From Deltaproteobacteria bacterium (GTDB lineage: Bacteria > Desulfobacterota_D > UBA1144 > Nemesobacterales > UBA2774): DNA of 64,000 bases. Positions 49,977 through 60,452 of this stretch are shown piece after piece. The notes beneath the pieces were generated by a model. That model ran no database searches and was not told where the DNA came from. It saw nothing but the letters and a program-made list of their open reading frames with translations. How positions within the stretch are numbered: position 1 is the first letter of the stretch; every line of letters starts with the position of its first letter. Location: NCBI GenBank assembly GCA_029262275.1, contig JAJCZS010000033.1, positions 2,350 to 66,349 on the forward strand, written 5' to 3'. The position numbers were made by a program, and so were the translations under genes.

Positions 49977-51329
49977 CTACTCAAGAAAGCTTTTTAGTAT
50001 TATGCCCACTTCAGAGCCTTCTAGTTTCTCAAGAGATCTTTTTTCAATCTGTCTAATTCTCTCTCTTGTAAGCTCAAAGTGCTGTCCTATTTCATCAAGC
50101 GTAAATGTAGATTCATAATCTATACCAAATCTCATTTTTAAAATTTGCTCCTCTCTAGGAGTAAGTGTAGAGAGAGCGTCTTTAATTTTTATGGTCAGGG
50201 TTGCCCTTGCCACTGCGTAATCTGGAATTCTTGATACATCGTCGGGGATAAAATCAAGCAGTGTAGTCTTTTCCCCATCCAAAACAGGAGAGTCCAGCCG
50301 TACTACTTCCTTTGTAGCTTCAAGCACTCTTTTTACGCCCTCAACAGATATTCCGGATTTCTCTGATATTTCCTCCGGCAGAGGTTTTCTTCCTGATTCC
50401 TTATTCATCACAGAACTTATTCTATGAACTTTTGAAGCCTGCTCCAATACATAAACAGGAACACGTATTGTTCTCGTTTGATCCAACAATGATCTTGAGA
50501 TAGCCTGATGAATCCACCACGAGGCATATGTAGAGAACTTATAACCTTTGGTATGATCAAACCTCTCAACCGCTCTCATAAGCCCTACGTTGCCTTCTTG
50601 AATTAAATCCGGCAGAGGCAAACCACGGCTCATGTATCTTTTGGCAATACTTACAACTAATCTCAAATTTGCTTTAATAAATCTGGCTTTAAAACGCTGA
50701 GCTCTTAGATGATATACTTTAGATAACAGATTTGATCTTTTAATACTTTTTCTAGCTATTTCTTTATCAAGCTTTGTTTTTCTAGAGCTAGTTTTAATCT
50801 TTTTATAGGTTTTCCTGGTGCTAGTACTCTTCTCTACATTTGAGATAGTGTTCTCAAGAGACTTGCTTAAAGTCCTCTCAAAAATAGCTTCCATAAACCC
50901 TCTAGCTTCTATGGCTTTACTCTCACATCTTTTTATTTTTGCTGAAACTTCTATTTCTTCTTTTGGAGTTAAAAGAGGCTCAGTGCCCATTTCTCTAAAA
51001 TAGACTTGTAGAAGTCTGAACTCTTCATCGGGAGTAAATTTAGGTTTTTCATCCTCGGAGCTTTCTTCTTTTGTAGTCTCTTCCTTTATATCAACCTTTA
51101 TCTCAACTTCATTTTCAGAGAGTTGCTCTAATAATTTTTCATCAATTTCTTCTTCAAAAATTGGATCTTGTTCTATATTTTGTGCATCGTTTGAATAATC
51201 TTCGAAGGAATTCTTTAGAAGTTTCTTTCCAGAATCATCTGGGGTTTTTGCCCTTGGTTCAACTCTATTTTGAGTTTTGGCAGATCGGGTACGTTTCTTT
51301 GTTTTTAATCTAGCTTGTCTCATTACCAT
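49977..51329 (-). CDS. rpoD: RNA polymerase primary sigma factor (sigma-70 family)
   Basis: 450 aa. Regions 1.2-4.2 recognisable, including the RpoD box (LIQEGNVGLMRAVERFD) and the region 4.2 HTH (TLDEIGQHFELTRERIRQIE). Confidence 0.9.
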   Translation of the reverse strand: MVMRQARLKTKKRTRSAKTQNRVEPRAKTPDDSGKKLLKNSFEDYSNDAQNIEQDPIFEEEIDEKLLEQLSENEVEIKVDIKEETTKEESSEDEKPKFTPDEEFRLLQVYFREMGTEPLLTPKEEIEVSAKIKRCESKAIEARGFMEAIFERTLSKSLENTISNVEKSTSTRKTYKKIKTSSRKTKLDKEIARKSIKRSNLLSKVYHLRAQRFKARFIKANLRLVVSIAKRYMSRGLPLPDLIQEGNVGLMRAVERFDHTKGYKFSTYASWWIHQAISRSLLDQTRTIRVPVYVLEQASKVHRISSVMNKESGRKPLPEEISEKSGISVEGVKRVLEATKEVVRLDSPVLDGEKTTLLDFIPDDVSRIPDYAVARATLTIKIKDALSTLTPREEQILKMRFGIDYESTFTLDEIGQHFELTRERIRQIEKRSLEKLEGSEVGIILKSFLE

Positions 51330-51347
51330 CCTCCTTAATAGATGGAA

Positions 51348-52637
51348 TTATTCTCTTATCTGACCCTCTCCTAGAACGATAAACTTAGTTGTCGTTAATT
51401 CCTCAAGACCCATAGGTCCAAAAGCATGAAGCTTAGAGGTGCTGATTCCAATCTCAGCCCCAAGACCAAGTTCAAAACCATCACTGAACCTGGTAGAGGC
51501 GTTAACCATTACTGTAGATGAATTAACACCATTAATAAAGCTTTGTGAATTAGCATAATCTTTAGTAACTATGGACTCAGTATGCATAGACCCATATTTT
51601 TCAATATGAGAGATCGCATCTTCCATACTATCTACAACCTTAACGCTTAATATTAGATCTAAATATTCCTGGGACCAATCATCTTCTTTGGCCTCTGTAA
51701 CTTCAGGCACAATTTCTTTTGTTCTACTGCACCCTCTTAACTCTACGCCTTTATCAATAAAAGATCTACTAGCTTTAGGTAAAAAAGACTTTGCAATATT
51801 TTTATGCACGAGCATTGTTTCCATGGAGTTACATACCCCGGGGCGCTGCACCTTTGCATTTATACAAATACTCTCGGCCATATCCTGATCAGCGCTTTCA
51901 TCAACAAACACGTGGCAGACCCCTTTGTAGTGCTTAAGCACAGGGATTCTTGAGTTCTCAGCTACAAAACGTATGAGCCCTTCTCCACCCCTTGGTATGA
52001 TAAGATCTATAAGCTCATCCAGCTTAAGCATCTCTAGCACAGCATTTCTATCCGTAACAGGGATGATCTGCACTGCATCTTCTGGAAGACCGTGTTGTGA
52101 TAAAGCCTCTCTAAGTATCTGGCCTATTGCCATATTGGATCTTATGGTTTCTGATCCGCCGCGCAGTATCACAGCGTTGCCTGATTTGATACAAAGCCCG
52201 GCAGCGTCTGCTGTTACATTCGGCCTTGATTCATAGATAATCCCAATTACTCCTAGAGGGATTCGCATACGCCCGACCTTAAGTCCATTGGGTCTAGTCC
52301 ACATTCGGACTACTTCCCCAACAGGATCAGTCAGCGCAGCTACTTCTCTAAGACCTTGGGCTACTTTTTCTAGACGCTCTGTGGTTAGGGTAAGCCTATC
52401 TACCATTGCGGATGAAATGTCTTTTGACTTTGCATCCATTACGTCTTTTTGATTTTCACTAATTATAAAGTCGGCTCTTTTAACTAAATTCTGAGCCATA
52501 GTCTCTAAAGCTTTATCTTTTAATCCGGAACTCGCTCTGGACAGTTGTGCGGATGCACTTTTTGCTTTGCTCGCTATATCTACGAGAAGTTGGGACAACT
52601 CGTTATTCATGTTATTTTTTACTTTAGTTGCAGACAT
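51348..52637 (-). CDS. proA: Gamma-glutamyl phosphate reductase (glutamate-5-semialdehyde dehydrogenase)
   Basis: 429 aa ALDH-fold protein. Catalytic Cys context (KGVCHVFVD... / [10 protein letters not shown]) typical of ProA. Confidence 0.88.
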   Translation of the reverse strand: MSATKVKNNMNNELSQLLVDIASKAKSASAQLSRASSGLKDKALETMAQNLVKRADFIISENQKDVMDAKSKDISSAMVDRLTLTTERLEKVAQGLREVAALTDPVGEVVRMWTRPNGLKVGRMRIPLGVIGIIYESRPNVTADAAGLCIKSGNAVILRGGSETIRSNMAIGQILREALSQHGLPEDAVQIIPVTDRNAVLEMLKLDELIDLIIPRGGEGLIRFVAENSRIPVLKHYKGVCHVFVDESADQDMAESICINAKVQRPGVCNSMETMLVHKNIAKSFLPKASRSFIDKGVELRGCSRTKEIVPEVTEAKEDDWSQEYLDLILSVKVVDSMEDAISHIEKYGSMHTESIVTKDYANSQSFINGVNSSTVMVNASTRFSDGFELGLGAEIGISTSKLHAFGPMGLEELTTTKFIVLGEGQIRE

Positions 52638-52859
52638 TTTTTCTTTTAATTACAGACATTTAGATCAGATTAGACAAATCACCGCTCCAAATAGAATGAT
52701 AATACACCTGCAGACTTAAAGTCAAGCATATTAATTAAAATATACCTGGTAATTTAGATTATAAAATTAGAGACCCTATAAAGCTTGCTCTACAAGCTCC
52801 AGGGTCTCTTTTTAGATTAATTTATTTCTGAGTTCTTGCTAAGAAATAAGATGAATTAC

Positions 52860-53459
52860 CTACTTAGGAAGTACACCTTTTTCATTTAGATAATCTAAAA
52901 TGATATCTACTGATCCTTCCAAGCTGACTTTACTTGTGTCAATGGTAATTTCAGCGTTTAGAGGAGCTTCATAGGGATCGTCTATGCCAGTGAAACCTTT
53001 AATAATTCCTTCCCTAGCTTTCTTGTAGAGACCCTTAACATCACGCTCTTCACAAACAGCAAGTGGGGCATCAACAAAAACTTCAACGAATTCTCCCTCT
53101 TCTACAAGCTCTCTTACTTTATCGCGGTCAACAATGTATGGAGATACAAAGGCAGAAAGCACTATGGCCCCAGAGTCAACAAATAGTTTGGATACCTCTC
53201 CAATACGTCTTATGTTCTCACCTCTATCCTCTTCTGAGAAGCCTAGATCCTTACAAAGACCCATTCTAACGTTATCGCCATCAAGAATGTATGTTCTGGC
53301 TCTCATAGCAATAAGCTTTTTCTCAAGCTCATTTGCAATTGTAGACTTTCCTGAGCTTGGCAGCCCAGTGAACCATAAAATTAGAGATCCGTGGCTATTA
53401 AGACTTCTTCTGTCTTGCTTAGTGATCTCGTGTTGGTGTGGAATTACAAATCTTTCCAT
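52860..53459 (-). CDS. cysC: Adenylyl-sulfate kinase
   Basis: 199 aa. P-loop FTGLPSSGKST and downstream motifs (LDGDNVR, SAFVSPY) characteristic of APS kinase. Confidence 0.85.
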   Translation of the reverse strand: MERFVIPHQHEITKQDRRSLNSHGSLILWFTGLPSSGKSTIANELEKKLIAMRARTYILDGDNVRMGLCKDLGFSEEDRGENIRRIGEVSKLFVDSGAIVLSAFVSPYIVDRDKVRELVEEGEFVEVFVDAPLAVCEERDVKGLYKKAREGIIKGFTGIDDPYEAPLNAEITIDTSKVSLEGSVDIILDYLNEKGVLPK

Positions 53460-53629
53460 TAAATGCCTCCTATCGAATCCATGAATTCTGAATTGTCATT
53501 TATTAACTATTTTGGGTCAAGATTTTAAGTGAAATTACAGAAAGGTCAAAATTTCCCGACTCTGGATTTTCTATTTCCCTCCAGAGAACAAGTAATTTAT
53601 CCATGTACTGTAATATCAACCTATATCTA

Positions 53630-53809
53630 TTAAAACAGTGTATAGATAAACGGAGCTACTGCAGAGCCTTGAGCAAACACAATTAGCAGGCCAAATAGTA
53701 GCAATATGAAAAGCATAGGGGTAATCCACCACCACTTGTTGTGGATAAAGAACTGTAGCAGCTCTCCCATTATGCCCATTCTATTAGTTAAGCTTTTCAA
53801 AAAAGACAT
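53630..53809 (-). CDS. Small membrane protein, DUF5989/SxtK-like (59 aa); not in the supplied ORF track
   Basis: Minus-strand ORF translating to MSFLKSLTNRMGIMGELLQFFIHNKWWWITPMLFILLLFGLLIVFAQGSAVAPFIYTLF. The C-terminal QGSAVAPFIYTLF and single TM helix match the small proteins that accompany NodU/CmcH-type carbamoyltransferases. It lies 62 bp downstream of the carbamoyltransferase gene on the same strand. Confidence 0.6.
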   Translation of the reverse strand: MSFLKSLTNRMGIMGELLQFFIHNKWWWITPMLFILLLFGLLIVFAQGSAVAPFIYTLF

Positions 53810-53871
53810 TACATTTCCTGTGGATAATAATACAGCAATTTGAACAAAGGTTAAATCTAATCTGTAATATT

Positions 53872-55659
53872 CTATGTTAGTTTATCTTTATGTACCAAAT
53901 AATTACCTAATACTAGAAGATCCATACCGCTTGCATTAAAAGAGCTAAAAGCCTCGGCAGGAGTGTTAACCACAGGCTCTCCCTTAAGATTAAATGAGGT
54001 GTTTAGCAGCACTGGAACTCCGGTTGCGTCACCAAACGTTTCAATAAGTTTGTAGTATTTGGGATTTAGTTCTTTTCTGACCGTCTGGAGCCTTCCAGTA
54101 CCGTCAACGTGAGTTATCGCAGGAAGCACGTCCCATTTGTCTTTATGCACATCAGTTACATATAGCATAAATCTTGCAGGGTAGTGTTTCTCTGGCTCGT
54201 CAATATCAAAATACTCTCCAGCCTTCTCAACTAAAACTGATGGGGCAAAGGGTCTAAATGGCTCTCTAAATTTAATTTTCACGTTCACTATATCTTTCAT
54301 CTCTGTACTTCTGGGATCGGCCAATATACTTCTGTTCCCAAGTGCTCTTGGGCCCCATTCAAACCGGCCTTGATGCCAGCCAATAACTTTTCCATTTTGT
54401 ATGCTATCTACAACCTGCTCCATTAGCTTGTCTTCATTTTCCACTAGCTCGTATGGAATGTTGTTTTCTTTTAGAAATGCTTCCGTATCCGCTGCGCTGT
54501 GTTCCTGACCCCAGTATGCGTGTTCCATAACAAAATTTCTGGGTTTTCCTAAAATTGCATGGTACCCATAGAGAGCTGCTCCAGTTGATGCTCCACCGTC
54601 ACCTGCAGCTGGTTGAATATAAATTTCTTCAAAGTCAGTTTCGGTGAGCACTTTTTTGTTAGCCACACTATTTAGCGCCACACCACCTGCCATGCATAGG
54701 TGTTTTAGACCAGTTTGTTTTTGCGCATAGTTGGCCATTTTCACAACTATCTGCTCTGTCACAACCTGTATGCTTGCTGCAATATCAGCGTAATACTGGT
54801 TTTGTTTGGCTATCTCGTCATAGTTGTCAGGTTTATCTCCGAAATACGCAGGGTAGCCACTTGCATCTGTAAAGAAATTTGCTTTTTGATCTCTTGGATC
54901 ACCAAATATTTCTTCAAATTTTTTATTAAATGTTTTATCGGTAGAATAGTGATAGCAGAAGTAGTCCATATCCAGCTCAAATCCGCCTTCGTCGTCTACT
55001 TTGACAACTTCATAGACTTGATCTACATATTTAGGCTCTCCAAACGGAGCCATTCCCATTACTTTGTACTCCCCTTCATTCACTTCGAACCCTAAAAATG
55101 CGGTAAAAGCACTATAGAGTAGCCCAAGAGAATTAGGGAATCTAATCTCTTTTAATATTTGAATATCGGTCCCTCTTCCCACTCCGAGTGTAGCGGTTGT
55201 CCACTCACCTACTCCGTCTATTGTTAGAATGGCTGCTTCATTAAATGGGGAACAATAAAAACTACTTGCTGCATGTGAGATATGGTGTTCACAAAAGAGT
55301 ATTTTTGAGGCATCAATGTCGAGTTTTTTTTGAATGAGATGCTTAACCCATAGTTTTTCTCCAAGCTGTGTAATCATGGATTCTCTAAACAGCTTAAGAG
55401 ACTTTGGAAACGTCTGCATTGTATCTAGGAGTAAGCGCTCAAATTTAAGAAAGGGTTTTTCAAAGTACATTACATATTCCAGGTCCTGCGGCTCAATACC
55501 TTCTAAATTAAGGCAGAAGTTAATCGCATTCTCTGGATATTCAGAGTCGTGTTTTATTCTTGTGAATCTCTCTTCTTCAGCTGCAGCCACTACTACTCCG
55601 TCTTTAATAAGAGTTGCTGCTGCATCATGGTAATAACATGAAATTCCTAATATATACAT
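53872..55659 (-). CDS. Carbamoyltransferase (NodU/CmcH family)
   Basis: 595 aa. N-terminal YILGISCYYHDAAA (ASKHA/Kae1-like fold) plus a C-terminal YrdC-like carbamoyltransferase domain. Confidence 0.85.
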   Translation of the reverse strand: MYILGISCYYHDAAATLIKDGVVVAAAEEERFTRIKHDSEYPENAINFCLNLEGIEPQDLEYVMYFEKPFLKFERLLLDTMQTFPKSLKLFRESMITQLGEKLWVKHLIQKKLDIDASKILFCEHHISHAASSFYCSPFNEAAILTIDGVGEWTTATLGVGRGTDIQILKEIRFPNSLGLLYSAFTAFLGFEVNEGEYKVMGMAPFGEPKYVDQVYEVVKVDDEGGFELDMDYFCYHYSTDKTFNKKFEEIFGDPRDQKANFFTDASGYPAYFGDKPDNYDEIAKQNQYYADIAASIQVVTEQIVVKMANYAQKQTGLKHLCMAGGVALNSVANKKVLTETDFEEIYIQPAAGDGGASTGAALYGYHAILGKPRNFVMEHAYWGQEHSAADTEAFLKENNIPYELVENEDKLMEQVVDSIQNGKVIGWHQGRFEWGPRALGNRSILADPRSTEMKDIVNVKIKFREPFRPFAPSVLVEKAGEYFDIDEPEKHYPARFMLYVTDVHKDKWDVLPAITHVDGTGRLQTVRKELNPKYYKLIETFGDATGVPVLLNTSFNLKGEPVVNTPAEAFSSFNASGMDLLVLGNYLVHKDKLT

Positions 55660-55718
55660 AATTCAAGAGCTCCTAAAAAACTAAGCATTTTATTTCGTTG
55701 TAGAATGTAATGATAGGT

Positions 55719-55997
55719 TTAAGACTGCCTCTCAGCTCTCTCTAGAACTGATAATTCCGTATCATCTTCTCTATTGTGCCATCCAACATGTTCTTTCTTT
55801 TTTATCTCTAACGGATCGGTAAACAGTTTTACCATCATAGCAAAAGGGAAAAGTAGTATGAAATAAAACAGAGTAAGAATGACTCTTGCATTGAAATCTC
55901 CAATTTTGCGGGCTACCCTCTTCCATCCTTCCCAAAGTCTTCTAAAAAACCCCTGTTTTTCAGTCTCAGGGCTACTATTCTTTTCCACTTCACTCAT
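55719..55997 (-). CDS. Small membrane protein (92 aa), SxtJ-like partner of carbamoyltransferase (hypothetical)
   Basis: Single TM helix (VILTLFYFILLFPFAMMV), 59 bp upstream of and co-directional with the carbamoyltransferase. The N-terminal GFFRRLWEGWKR region resembles the SxtJ-type small proteins in such clusters. Confidence 0.5.
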   Translation of the reverse strand: MSEVEKNSSPETEKQGFFRRLWEGWKRVARKIGDFNARVILTLFYFILLFPFAMMVKLFTDPLEIKKKEHVGWHNREDDTELSVLERAERQS

Positions 55998-56212
55998 ATA
56001 AACATATCCTTAAAATTATTTTATTTATCAGCACACATTACCAGGAAATTTTGTAGTTTAACAGGAAAGATTAAATAAAATACCTTACGTAGTGCTTTTT
56101 GGAACTTTAATTTTACTTAAATTTATGCAGACCTTCTACCTTTTGGGGCTAGGAATTTGACAAAACTCAAAATACTGAAAAAATTAAGGGAAAATTATCT
56201 TGGAGGAATACC

Positions 56213-56629
56213 TTGGAACGAACACTATCTATTATAAAACCAGACGGGGTCGAAAAAAATGTTGTCGGAGAAATTATCTCCAGATTTGAGAAGAACGGAC
56301 TAAACATAGCTGCAATGAAGAAAATAAAACTCAGCAAATCAGATGCTGAAGGGTTCTACGCAGTGCATAAGGAAAGACCTTTCTTTGGCTCTCTAACTGA
56401 TTTTATGTCCAGAGGACCTGTAGTTGTAATAGTTTTAGAGGGAGAAGGAGCAATCTCGAAGAACAGAGAGATCATGGGAGCTACAAACCCTGAGGAAGCT
56501 GCTGAAGGTACAATTAGAAAAGATTTTGCTACAAACATTGAAGAAAATACTGTTCATGGCTCAGATGCACCTGAGACAGCCGAGGTTGAGATAAACTATT
56601 TCTTCAACGCATTCGAAATCACCGGCTAA
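56213..56629 (+). CDS. ndk: Nucleoside-diphosphate kinase
   Basis: 138 aa. [11 protein letters not shown]..., catalytic His in NTVHGSD, typical Ndk length. Confidence 0.95.
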   Translation: MERTLSIIKPDGVEKNVVGEIISRFEKNGLNIAAMKKIKLSKSDAEGFYAVHKERPFFGSLTDFMSRGPVVVIVLEGEGAISKNREIMGATNPEEAAEGTIRKDFATNIEENTVHGSDAPETAEVEINYFFNAFEITG

Positions 56630-56667
56630 TTAAAATCAACGTATAAAAATCGTAAACGGTCCCACTT

Positions 56668-56705
56668 AGATTCTATTAATTGGGGCCGTTTTCTTTATTT
56701 AAGTC
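56668..56705. terminator. Possible bidirectional terminator between ndk and lipB
   Basis: Imperfect hairpin CGGTCCCAC-(loop)-TGGGGCCG followed by TTTTCTTTATTT. It lies in the 46-bp gap between convergent genes. Confidence 0.35.
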
Positions 56706-57359
56706 CGCATTAAAAACTATACTGAAGTGCTTGATAAATCTTTCGACCACACTCTCCATTGGCACTTGAGATCCTAAGACCTTCTCCATTGATGTAACTA
56801 CCACATCAGAAATTCCGCAGGGAACAATAAGGGAAAAACTATCTAGATCGGTGCTCACGTTTAATGCAGAGCCGTGCATGGTGATTCCGTTTTTTACAGA
56901 AACTCCAATTGAAGCTATTTTCTGGCCACTAGTCCAAACCCCTGGGTATCCATCTCTTCTATCTGATTCTATACCATATTCCGCGAGTAAATTTATAAGG
57001 ACCTGTTCAAGCAAATTGATATAGGCTTTAGCTCCAAGGTTAAAATCTCGTAAGTTTACAATTGGATAAGAAACAAGTTGTCCCGGGCCGTGGTAAGTGA
57101 GGTCTCCTCCCCTATCGGTATTATGCACTTCAACACCAAGCTCTTCTATTTTAGTGACCGGGAGCACGTAGTTATCATCACTTCCAAAACGCCCATTGGT
57201 AATTACTGGGAAGTGTTCAAGTAAAAATAGATAACCAGATATTCCGTTTCTAGATAATTTGATATTTTCATGAGCCCTCTGCTGAATTTGAAGTCCGTCA
57301 CTATATCCAGTTTTATCTAGGTGTTCATATAGAACTATGTTTTTTAGACCCTCACTCAT
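56676..57359 (-). CDS. lipB: Octanoyltransferase (lipoyl(octanoyl) transferase)
   Basis: 227 aa. RGGDLTYHGPGQLV motif and a catalytic Cys/Lys region typical of LipB. Confidence 0.85.
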   Translation of the reverse strand: MSEGLKNIVLYEHLDKTGYSDGLQIQQRAHENIKLSRNGISGYLFLLEHFPVITNGRFGSDDNYVLPVTKIEELGVEVHNTDRGGDLTYHGPGQLVSYPIVNLRDFNLGAKAYINLLEQVLINLLAEYGIESDRRDGYPGVWTSGQKIASIGVSVKNGITMHGSALNVSTDLDSFSLIVPCGISDVVVTSMEKVLGSQVPMESVVERFIKHFSIVFNADLNKENGPN

Positions 57360-57419
57360 TTAAAATAGTTTAATCAATTTAACGAACATATACACAACAG
57401 TTATAATCTCAAAATAGAT

Positions 57420-58424
57420 ATGAAACCTAAGAAATCTACTAAAGCTGGCTTTGATGAGTTTCTTCAAGAAATATCATCTGCAGATATTAAACCTGTCTAT
57501 ATATTCACTGGAGATCAAATCCATCTCGTCGAGAAAGCATTGAGCGAGCTTCGGACTAAAGTGTTTGGAAATGAGGATGATATGAACTATGTTGTGTTCC
57601 ACGGGGATTCAGCATCGGGTGAGGAAATCTTAGAAAATGCCTCTACAGTGCCCATGTTTAGTAGCAAAAAAATTGTTGTTGTTAAAAATGCCGAAAAGTT
57701 AAAAGCAGATCAACTTAAATCCCTTGAGCCTTACATGGAATCACCCTCCCCCCAAGCTACGCTTATTATGATCTTTTCTGACGGCAAGGCGCCTAAGATA
57801 AAAAACAAGAAGCTTCCTAGATTTGACTTCAGCCTACAAAAAGGCAACACCGTCTCTGCAGTAAGGGAAGAGGCTAAAGCACTTGGGTTCACGATAACGC
57901 CAAAAGCGGCCCAGACCTTGATATCACTTGTCGGAGAGGACTTAAAAGAGCTTAACAACGAACTTATAAAACTGTCTCTATATCGCACAGAAGGTAGTGC
58001 AATAGAAATAGAGGATATTGAGAATCACACAAGAAAAGCACAATTTGGAGATATTTTTGCATTAATAAATGCAATATCAAAGAAGAATAAAAAGGATGCT
58101 CAAAGGGCACTGATGGATCTTGAAGAACAAGGAGAAGAGCCACTTTCTGTTTTGAGCAGGCTGATATGGCGATTTAGGCTGATTTGGAAAGCTAAGGAAC
58201 TTACAGATGAAAAAATGCCCAAGGATGAGATACTTAAGGAGTTGAAGATGTCCTCAGGTGCGTTTTATTATTTGAGTCAGGATCTTAAAAAGTATAGCTA
58301 CGCGGATATCACTCGCATAATGGGACTTCTCAAGGATTGTGACAAAAAGTTAAAGATGAGTTATGTGCCAAGAGATTTCCATCTCACTAAGCTTGTGACG
58401 GAGCTATGCACAAAGCGTCCATAA
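57420..58424 (+). CDS. holA: DNA polymerase III subunit delta
   Basis: 334 aa. N-terminal VYIFTGDQ..L motif and overall HolA architecture. Confidence 0.78.
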   Translation: MKPKKSTKAGFDEFLQEISSADIKPVYIFTGDQIHLVEKALSELRTKVFGNEDDMNYVVFHGDSASGEEILENASTVPMFSSKKIVVVKNAEKLKADQLKSLEPYMESPSPQATLIMIFSDGKAPKIKNKKLPRFDFSLQKGNTVSAVREEAKALGFTITPKAAQTLISLVGEDLKELNNELIKLSLYRTEGSAIEIEDIENHTRKAQFGDIFALINAISKKNKKDAQRALMDLEEQGEEPLSVLSRLIWRFRLIWKAKELTDEKMPKDEILKELKMSSGAFYYLSQDLKKYSYADITRIMGLLKDCDKKLKMSYVPRDFHLTKLVTELCTKRP

Positions 58425-58449
58425 AATAACAGGATGGATTGATTTAGGT

Positions 58450-58719
58450 TTATGAGGAAAGTGAAGCTACTTTCTTGGAAATTCTTGAAACCTTACGAGA
58501 AGCGGTTTCTTTTTTAAGAACACCCTTGGAAGCGGCTTTACGTAGTTTAATTTCAGTCTCTTTTAGAACTTGCTGAGCAGCATTAACGTCTTTACTCTCA
58601 AGAACTGATTCAAACTTTTTAAGCTGAGTTTTAAGATCGGACTTGATTACTATGTTACGATCTCTTTTCTTCAAGCTTTGACGATGTCTCTTAATTCCAG
58701 ATTTAATTCTTTCGGCCAT
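58450..58719 (-). CDS. rpsT: 30S ribosomal protein S20
   Basis: 89 aa. N-terminal KSGIKRHRQSLKKRDRN, strongly basic, all-helical. Confidence 0.9.
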   Translation of the reverse strand: MAERIKSGIKRHRQSLKKRDRNIVIKSDLKTQLKKFESVLESKDVNAAQQVLKETEIKLRKAASKGVLKKETASRKVSRISKKVASLSS

Positions 58720-58781
58720 TAATTAATATTCCTCCGAGCAATAATTTGCTATAGTTTGCAGGGAATTAGCTATTTGTCAAA

Positions 58782-59528
58782 TTAAGTTTTAGTAGTCACT
58801 ATTAAAAATTCCTTATTCCCCTCTGCCCCCAAAATCGGAGAGGCAATTACTCCTTTAATATCCATATCATGTTCATCTAAATGCTTAGTTATCTTTTCTA
58901 CTACCTGAATGTGTTTATTTTCGTCCCTTACTATTCCTCCTTTGCCCACTTCGCCTTTGCCAACTTCAAACTGAGGCTTTATTAGTGCAGCTAGTACTCC
59001 CTTAGGTTTAAGGAACCCAAGTATTGAGGGAATAACTTTTGTAAGAGATATAAAGGAGACATCCATAACAACTATGTCTACAGGATCAGCGATGTCATGA
59101 GGCTGTAAGTGCCGTGCGTTTACTTTCTCCATAACCACTATACGGTCGTCATTTCTAAGTTTCCAGTCCAGCTGACCATAGCCCACATCTAATGCATAAA
59201 CTTTTGTGGCTCCCCGTTGTAAAAGACAGTCTGTAAATCCTCCTGTAGAAGCCCCTACATCAAGAGCAACCATGTCACTTACGTCTATATCAAAATGTTT
59301 GAGTGCTTCTTCTAACTTTAATCCCCCGCGACTTACAAATTTTATAGAGGAGTCTTTTATAGTAACTTCAGAGTCACTTTTTATGAGAGTGCCTGCTTTA
59401 TCTACTTTTTGACCGTCTACGTATACGCCGCCTCCCATTATAAGCGCCTGAGCCCTGGTTCTAGAGGGAGCAAGATTTCTCTCAACTAAAAGAAGATCTA
59501 ATCTTTGTTTTTTCAGGGGCTTTTTCAT
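58782..59528 (-). CDS. tlyA: TlyA-family rRNA (cytidine-2'-O)-methyltransferase
   Basis: 248 aa. N-terminal S4 domain (RLDLLLVERNLAPSRTRAQALI) plus an FtsJ-like MTase (LDVGASTGGFTD). Confidence 0.85.
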   Translation of the reverse strand: MKKPLKKQRLDLLLVERNLAPSRTRAQALIMGGGVYVDGQKVDKAGTLIKSDSEVTIKDSSIKFVSRGGLKLEEALKHFDIDVSDMVALDVGASTGGFTDCLLQRGATKVYALDVGYGQLDWKLRNDDRIVVMEKVNARHLQPHDIADPVDIVVMDVSFISLTKVIPSILGFLKPKGVLAALIKPQFEVGKGEVGKGGIVRDENKHIQVVEKITKHLDEHDMDIKGVIASPILGAEGNKEFLIVTTKT

Positions 59529-59553
59529 AACAATAAAATGAATTTATTCATAC

Positions 59554-60450
59554 TTAGAATTTTCTATCGGTTAGATATAAAGCAATTTCTCTAAGTGGAG
59601 TAGCTTTATCATTAAAATCTTTTATAGATTTAAGAGCTTTCTTAGTAAGAACTTCTGCTTTTCTTTTAGACTTCTTAAGACCTACAAGCTCAGGATAGGT
59701 TGTTTTTCTATTTCTAGCGTCAGCACCGACCTCTTTGCCCATATCACTTCCTCCCTCGATATCTAAAACATCATCTACTATCTGAAAAGAGAGTCCTAGA
59801 GCTTTAGCAAAAACACTTAACTTTTTTAACTGCTTATCATTTGCTCCACCTATCTTTGCGCCTACTGATATTGCAACTTCGATCATAGCGCCCGTTTTAA
59901 GAGAATGCATCTTTTCTACCTGATCCACCGATACATCATTTACCCCTTCTAGGGCCAAATCAATTGCCTGCCCGCGTATCATACCGCCAGATCCAGCTGC
60001 ACTGGATATATCTGACACTATTTCAGTAAGAATTTTTGGACGTAGTCCGCTTTCTAGACCTTCTTTTATCATTATGTTAAATGCATCTGTTAGAAGCGCA
60101 TCTCCAGCTAAAACCGCAACAGCCTCTCCGTATACATTATGGTTCGTAGGGACTCCTCTTCTTAAGGAATCGTCATCCATACATGGAAGATCATCATGTA
60201 TAAGCGAGTAGGTGTGGATCATCTCCAGCGCGCAAGCTATTGGCAGTACTTTCTCATCTTTACCGCCAAAGGCTTCATTTGCAGCAATCATCAAAATAGG
60301 CCTCAGCCTTTTTCCTCCTGACAATGCACTATAACGAATGGATTCTTCTAGTGGTGTTATGGATTTGGGTGAATACTTAAGTAGAGAATCAAGTTTTCTG
60401 TCAACAAGCTCTCTTTTAGAAGCGAGATAACTCTTAATGTTAAATCCCAT
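59554..60450 (-). CDS. ispA: Polyprenyl (farnesyl/geranyl) diphosphate synthase
   Basis: 298 aa. First Asp-rich motif LIHDDLPCMDDDSLRRG and second Asp-rich motif FQIVDDVLD. Canonical xseB-ispA adjacency. Confidence 0.85.
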   Translation of the reverse strand: MGFNIKSYLASKRELVDRKLDSLLKYSPKSITPLEESIRYSALSGGKRLRPILMIAANEAFGGKDEKVLPIACALEMIHTYSLIHDDLPCMDDDSLRRGVPTNHNVYGEAVAVLAGDALLTDAFNIMIKEGLESGLRPKILTEIVSDISSAAGSGGMIRGQAIDLALEGVNDVSVDQVEKMHSLKTGAMIEVAISVGAKIGGANDKQLKKLSVFAKALGLSFQIVDDVLDIEGGSDMGKEVGADARNRKTTYPELVGLKKSKRKAEVLTKKALKSIKDFNDKATPLREIALYLTDRKF

Positions 60451-60452
60451 AG

